Origin: Candidatus Poribacteria bacterium
Lineage (GTDB): Bacteria > Poribacteria > WGA-4E > WGA-3G
NCBI GenBank assembly: GCA_965214095.1
Contig: OZ243938.1
Span: 3,520,001-3,584,000 of the forward strand
Reading direction: 5' to 3'
DNA length: 64,000 nucleotides
Shown: positions 59,434 through 64,000 of the stretch, piece after piece
Numbering within the stretch: position 1 is the stretch's first letter
Layout: every line of letters begins with the position of its first letter
Notes under the pieces: model-generated
What the model saw: only the letters and a program-made list of their open reading frames with translations
Databases searched by the model: none
Told to the model about the DNA's origin: nothing
Program-made: the position numbers and the translations under genes

Positions 59434-60444
59434 TTAATTGACAGGACCAATATCCAGAGCGACAGATGTCGGAACTGCTAATCCAGTATGAATTTCTTCA
59501 ATTTCTGAACCATCAAAATTAGCACGTCGAATGATCCCATCACCATGATCCAACCAATCACCAGTATCTGCCCAATAAATCTTATCTGCACTAAAATCAA
59601 AAACAATATCATGTACTCCTGAGGATCCAGGAATTAAATCTTCAACGTTTGTGCCATCAAGATTTGCACGTTGTATATTATCTACCGGCGGCCAATTCGT
59701 CCAATACATCTTGCCTCCGTCAATATCCAAAGTAATCGTTTGCGGGATATATAACCCGCGGACGAGTACTTCAACGTTTGAACCATCAAGGTTAGCACGC
59801 TGTATTGTATCAGTTAGTTCCTCGGCACCGGGGGAGATTTCTTCCCACTCTGTCCAGTATATTTTACCGTTTACCAAATCGAGGGCTATGCCATCAGGTG
59901 TAAACGATCTTGTAATAACATCTTCAACAACGGACCCGTCCAAATTAGCTCGTTGAATTTTACTACCACTTGTCCAATAAACCATATCAGCTTGCAAGTC
60001 TAAGGCAAGTTCTTGACCGGTCGTTCCTGGAACAATAACTTCAACGTTGGTACCGTCCAAGTTTGCACGCTTCAAGCCCTGATTGGTCAAACTGATCCAA
60101 TAGATTTTACCGCCTTCAATATCTAATGCTATACCCCATGGTTTGACTCCTGTAATCAGGGTTTCAACGTTTGAGCCATCAGGGTTAGACCGCTGGATAG
60201 TTTGCGTACCAAAATCACTCCAGTAGAGTTTCTTAAGCTCTAGCATCTCTGGCATTTCCTCAGGCGGAGGTTCAGGCATTTCAGGTTCTGTATCAGGATC
60301 CTTCATATCTGCTATCATTCCAGGTTCTGTAACCATTTCTTCAGGGGGATCTGTATGAATAATGTCCTGTGCATACTCACAAGCAATAATGGTAAATGCT
60401 ATACCAATTAATGCAACAAATAATATCCATTGATATTTTCTCAT
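59434..60444 (-). CDS. Lipoprotein with LDL-receptor class B (YWTD) beta-propeller repeats
   Basis: Lipobox IIAC, Pro/Glu/Met linker, six LYWSD/IYWTE/MYWTN...IQRANLDGSNVE repeats. Confidence 0.88.
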   Translation of the reverse strand: MRKYQWILFVALIGIAFTIIACEYAQDIIHTDPPEEMVTEPGMIADMKDPDTEPEMPEPPPEEMPEMLELKKLYWSDFGTQTIQRSNPDGSNVETLITGVKPWGIALDIEGGKIYWISLTNQGLKRANLDGTNVEVIVPGTTGQELALDLQADMVYWTSGSKIQRANLDGSVVEDVITRSFTPDGIALDLVNGKIYWTEWEEISPGAEELTDTIQRANLDGSNVEVLVRGLYIPQTITLDIDGGKMYWTNWPPVDNIQRANLDGTNVEDLIPGSSGVHDIVFDFSADKIYWADTGDWLDHGDGIIRRANFDGSEIEEIHTGLAVPTSVALDIGPVN

Positions 60445-60477
60445 CGTAACATACTCCTTCAATAAGTAGAAAAATTG

Positions 60478-60504
60478 GAGCAGGATACATTATGTATCCT
60501 GCTC
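60478..60504. repeat. Perfect 13-bp palindrome upstream of the LDL-repeat gene
   Basis: GAGCAGGATACAT-T-ATGTATCCTGCTC. Confidence 0.7.
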
Positions 60505-61049
60505 AATGTATTAGTAGGTTGTGTAGTGAACATAAAAAATCGCAGGACTATTTTGGAATAAAATAATCATCACTGTGATTTTGTCATTTTGAATATATCT
60601 CAGATAACTGTGTTGTATCATATCAATTGCATTATAGTTCAGGGATAATGAGTTATCAAATACAAAAATATGATAACACAAAACCATATTCAGATATTGT
60701 AGAAATTATAGTAATAATTTCTGTTGTAACACTACGTGTGACATAATACATTAAAAATAACTAACATGTCAACTAAAAAATATGGTTTTTTGGTAATCTT
60801 ATCTGAAATTACCGTATTCGTTTATTTTGTAATGATTAAATCTGAAAATTTGCTCTTTCCATTATTTTTCTGAAGCAACTTTTGCACTGCTATTACTGTT
60901 ATTGGCAGGTTTCCAACCCCGATTTGAGAGAAATGCACCTTGAATTCATGGTTGTAAACCCTGATGCTGCCCCATGTGGTTGCGAGTTTCGATTTTAGGT
61001 CTACGTCGGTTGTACCAGCCTCACCGAAGTACTCAATTTCACATTTTAC

Positions 61050-61077
61050 TTGACTTTTTTACAGAATTGGCTATAAT
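61050..61077 (+). promoter_or_regulatory. Sigma70-type promoter
   Basis: TTGACT-N16-TATAAT upstream of the AKR gene. Confidence 0.5.
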
Positions 61078-61114
61078 GCTGATAAAAAGGAGTGCTTGGA
61101 AACGGAAGTGAATT

Positions 61115-61879
61115 ATGGAAAACATTAAACTGGCATCTGGACATGAAATACCGATCTTAGGTTTAGGCACATGGCAACTCAAAGGTACCCAATGTGAACG
61201 GATCATTAAAGTTGCTATTGAGTTGGGATATACCCATATCGACACGGCATGGATGTACAAAAACCAAACGCAGATTGGGAACGCCTTGCGTGATATAAAT
61301 GCTGAAAGGGAAGATCTATTTATTACTTCCAAAATTTGGCATACACATCTGAAGCATGATGAAGTGTTGAGTCAATTTGATGTGTGTATAAACGATTTGC
61401 AGATGGACTACGTGGATCTTCTGTTAATCCACTGGCCAAGTGACACCGTGCCATTTGAGGAAACCTTTGCTGCTTTCAAGGAAATATATGATGCGGGTAA
61501 GGTGAGAAGTATCGGTATCAGCAATTTCAGTATTGAACAAGTAAATAAAGCGTGTGATGTATCTGAACTCCCGATATGTACGAATCAGGTGGAATACCAT
61601 GTGCGTAATAACAAAGAAGAATTGCGTGCACATTGTGAAACACTGAATATTCCTATGACCGCGCACAGACCACTTGCTGTAGGTAATTTGGCGGAAGATT
61701 CAGAACTAACTGAAATCGGTAAAAGACACGGAAAGACTGCAGCACAGGTGGCATTAAGATGGCTTGTTCAAAAAGGTATTATTACAATTCCAAAATCCGG
61801 ATCCGAACCACATCTGCGTGAAAATTTAGCCATCTTTGATTGGCAGTTAACTGATGAAGAGATGCAATTATTTGAGTAG
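61115..61879 (+). CDS. Aldo/keto reductase (DkgB-like)
   Basis: GLGTWQL, GYTHIDTAWMY, FITSKIW, DLLLIHWP, IGISNF, IPKS. Confidence 0.92.
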   Translation: MENIKLASGHEIPILGLGTWQLKGTQCERIIKVAIELGYTHIDTAWMYKNQTQIGNALRDINAEREDLFITSKIWHTHLKHDEVLSQFDVCINDLQMDYVDLLLIHWPSDTVPFEETFAAFKEIYDAGKVRSIGISNFSIEQVNKACDVSELPICTNQVEYHVRNNKEELRAHCETLNIPMTAHRPLAVGNLAEDSELTEIGKRHGKTAAQVALRWLVQKGIITIPKSGSEPHLRENLAIFDWQLTDEEMQLFE

Positions 61880-61907
61880 TCTTTGAGAAAGGAATCGACA
61901 CAAAAGC

Positions 61908-63191
61908 ATGAAATTCGGGTTATTTTATGAACACCAAATCCCACGTCCATGGCACGATGGAGCAGAACATAAACTTTTTCAAGATGCGTTAGAACAGGTA
62001 GAATTAGCCGACAAACTTGGATTTGACTATATTTGGGAGGTAGAACATCATTTTCTTGAAGAATATTCACATTCTTCAGCACCAGAGGTATTTCTCGCTG
62101 CGTGTAGCCAACGCACCAAACAGATACGACTTGGACACGGTATTGTCTTGATGCCGCCTGCGTATAACCATCCTGCGCGCGTCGCTGAACGGATTTCAAC
62201 GTTAGACTTGGTATCAAATGGACGCGTGGAGTGGGGAACAGGCGAATCCGCATCACACATGGAACTCGGTGGATTCAGAGTTGACCCGAAGTACAAACGA
62301 GAAATGTGGGAAGAATGTACTCGTGAAACAGCGAAAATGATGACACAATCCCCTTATGCCGGATATGATGGTAAATACTTCTCAATGCCAGTTCGCAATG
62401 TCGTTCCAAAGCCGCTACAAACACCTCATCCACCGCCTTGGGTTGCCTGTTCCAGTCGGGATAGTCTCCGTTTTGCTGCAAAATATGGGTTAGGCGCGCT
62501 GACCTTTGCATTCGTTGATGCAAATGAAGCACAATTCTGGGTTGAGGAGTACTACGAAATCTTTGAAAAGGAATGCACGCCACTAACGCAAAGAGCAAAT
62601 CCGAATATTGCGATGGTATCCGGTTTTTCCTGTCACGAAAACGAGGAGACTGCACTTGCACGCGGTTTGGATGGATTGCGATTCTTCCGATTTGCGCTTG
62701 CACACTACTATTACAACGGTTCACAAATACCGGGTGAAACAGATATCTGGCGTAAATTCAAGCAATCACAACAGGATTCTGCTGAAGCACGTGCAGGAAT
62801 CGGCACACCTGACCAAGTCCGTGAACATTTAGAAATCATGGAGGACGCAGGTGTTGATCAGGTCGTCTTTATTCAGCAGGCAGGCATGAACGAACACGAA
62901 GATATATGCGAATCCTTACAACTCTTTGCTGACAAGGTGTTGCCTGACTTCAAGGAACGTGATGCCGAACATACAGAAGAGAAAAATGAAAGACTCGCTG
63001 ACGCAATTACGGCAGCAGAAACGCGAAAACCAGAATTATCTGCTCTTAATCAGATACCGATAGTGGATTCCTATCCTGTTCTAAAAAAGAAACTTGAGGA
63101 AAAAGCAGCGGAAGTAGGCGATCCTGAGATGAGTGATGATGGCAAAAAGTTCCTACTTTCAATAGAAGGTGGTCCTCGGAAAGAGGAGTGA
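61908..63191 (+). CDS. LLM class flavin-dependent oxidoreductase
   Basis: [48 protein letters not shown]. Confidence 0.9.
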   Translation: MKFGLFYEHQIPRPWHDGAEHKLFQDALEQVELADKLGFDYIWEVEHHFLEEYSHSSAPEVFLAACSQRTKQIRLGHGIVLMPPAYNHPARVAERISTLDLVSNGRVEWGTGESASHMELGGFRVDPKYKREMWEECTRETAKMMTQSPYAGYDGKYFSMPVRNVVPKPLQTPHPPPWVACSSRDSLRFAAKYGLGALTFAFVDANEAQFWVEEYYEIFEKECTPLTQRANPNIAMVSGFSCHENEETALARGLDGLRFFRFALAHYYYNGSQIPGETDIWRKFKQSQQDSAEARAGIGTPDQVREHLEIMEDAGVDQVVFIQQAGMNEHEDICESLQLFADKVLPDFKERDAEHTEEKNERLADAITAAETRKPELSALNQIPIVDSYPVLKKKLEEKAAEVGDPEMSDDGKKFLLSIEGGPRKEE

Positions 63192-63204
63192 TGGACAGAA
63201 TATC

Positions 63205-64000
63205 ATGAAAAATGTCTTGGTGATTGACGATGATGAGAAAATCTGTTGGGCGTTTCAGCAGTTCCTTGACGGTGAGGGATACAATCCCAGCATAGCGAAC
63301 AACGCTGAGGAAGGACTGCAACGGATTGATGCTGACAAACCGGATGTCGTTTTGTTGGATGTCAATCTTCCCGGCATGAGCGGTTTAGAGGCGTTGTCAG
63401 AAATTAAAATACACCATCCATCAGTGATTGTCGTCATCATCACTGCTTATGATGATGTTGAAACGACAATTGAGGCGATGCGGCTACACGCTTTCGATTT
63501 TGTGCCAAAACCGATTGACTTAGAAGTCGTCAAGAGCGTTCTTGAACGTGCTTTCCGAACACAGTCTGTCCGTAGCACTTTACCGATTGATACAGAATCT
63601 GATTCTCTAACTGAACAGCAGGGACATCGACTCGTTGGAAAAAGCGATCAGATGCGCGAGATATACAAACTCATCGGTGTGTTGGCGAGTAATACTACCA
63701 CAGTTCTCATTGAAGGCGAAACAGGAACAGGAAAAGACCTCGTCGCACGTGCAATTCACGCAGGTAGTGAACGCAAAGATATGCCGTTCATCCCTGTTGA
63801 TTGTGGTGCACTTCCAGATGAGTTACTTGAAAGTGAATTGTTCGGTTACGAAGCAGGCGCATTCACGGGTGCAAAAGCTGAAGGGAAACCCGGACGTTTT
63901 GAATTAGCGAATGGTGGTACACTATTCATTGATGAAGTCGCAAATATGAGTCCTGCCTTACAAGTGAAGTTACTTCGCACATTGCAGACACATGAGTTTG
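63205..64000 (+). CDS. Sigma54-dependent response regulator (NtrC family), truncated by the window end
   Basis: [10 protein letters not shown]...[12 protein letters not shown] receiver; [20 protein letters not shown]; not in the ORF track. Confidence 0.92.
   Translation, partial: MKNVLVIDDDEKICWAFQQFLDGEGYNPSIANNAEEGLQRIDADKPDVVLLDVNLPGMSGLEALSEIKIHHPSVIVVIITAYDDVETTIEAMRLHAFDFVPKPIDLEVVKSVLERAFRTQSVRSTLPIDTESDSLTEQQGHRLVGKSDQMREIYKLIGVLASNTTTVLIEGETGTGKDLVARAIHAGSERKDMPFIPVDCGALPDELLESELFGYEAGAFTGAKAEGKPGRFELANGGTLFIDEVANMSPALQVKLLRTLQTHEF

Noticed and set aside
60510-61040. ncRNA or hidden gene in the AT-rich gap
   Set aside because: No credible ORF or stable structure found; only a degenerate REP-like remnant near 60905

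Overview
Bacterial chromosomal window, about 40-45% GC, most likely from Candidatus Poribacteria or a similar diderm sponge symbiont. This is inferred from LamG proteins ending in V-x-P-x-G-K-x-x-T-x-W-x-x-L-K, an NFPNPFNPETWIPF FlgD-Ig domain, YWTD/LDL-receptor repeats, trypsin-TPR paralogues and a DUF1549/1553 protein. Layout: (1) housekeeping block, 1-14.3 kb: dnaB end, mlaEFD, radA, PIN/TRAM, ispD, ispF, cysS, two lipoproteins, dprA, accA, DUF711. (2) A defence island, 18.3-30.4 kb: a type I R-M operon with a TIR/SEFIR protein, a TIR/SEFIR-fused ABC-type ATPase and a DUF4276-like nuclease between hsdS and hsdR, followed by a Schlafen/AlbA_2 protein. (3) Catabolic genes, 30.6-38.8 kb. (4) A minus-strand block ending in a type 2 ileS with a non-canonical GVHH motif, preceded by an unannotated Ile-rich leader-peptide attenuator. 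(5) Three tandem trypsin-TPR genes, a TonB receptor, Uma2, LamG, a Tat sulfatase, a split Rpn-like gene, an LDL-repeat lipoprotein, two oxidoreductases and a partial NtrC regulator. Intergenic spaces hold several MITE families carrying GTAG-type REP hairpins. I saw no rRNA, tRNA, CRISPR array or transposase. All family assignments come from motif recognition, not database searches.
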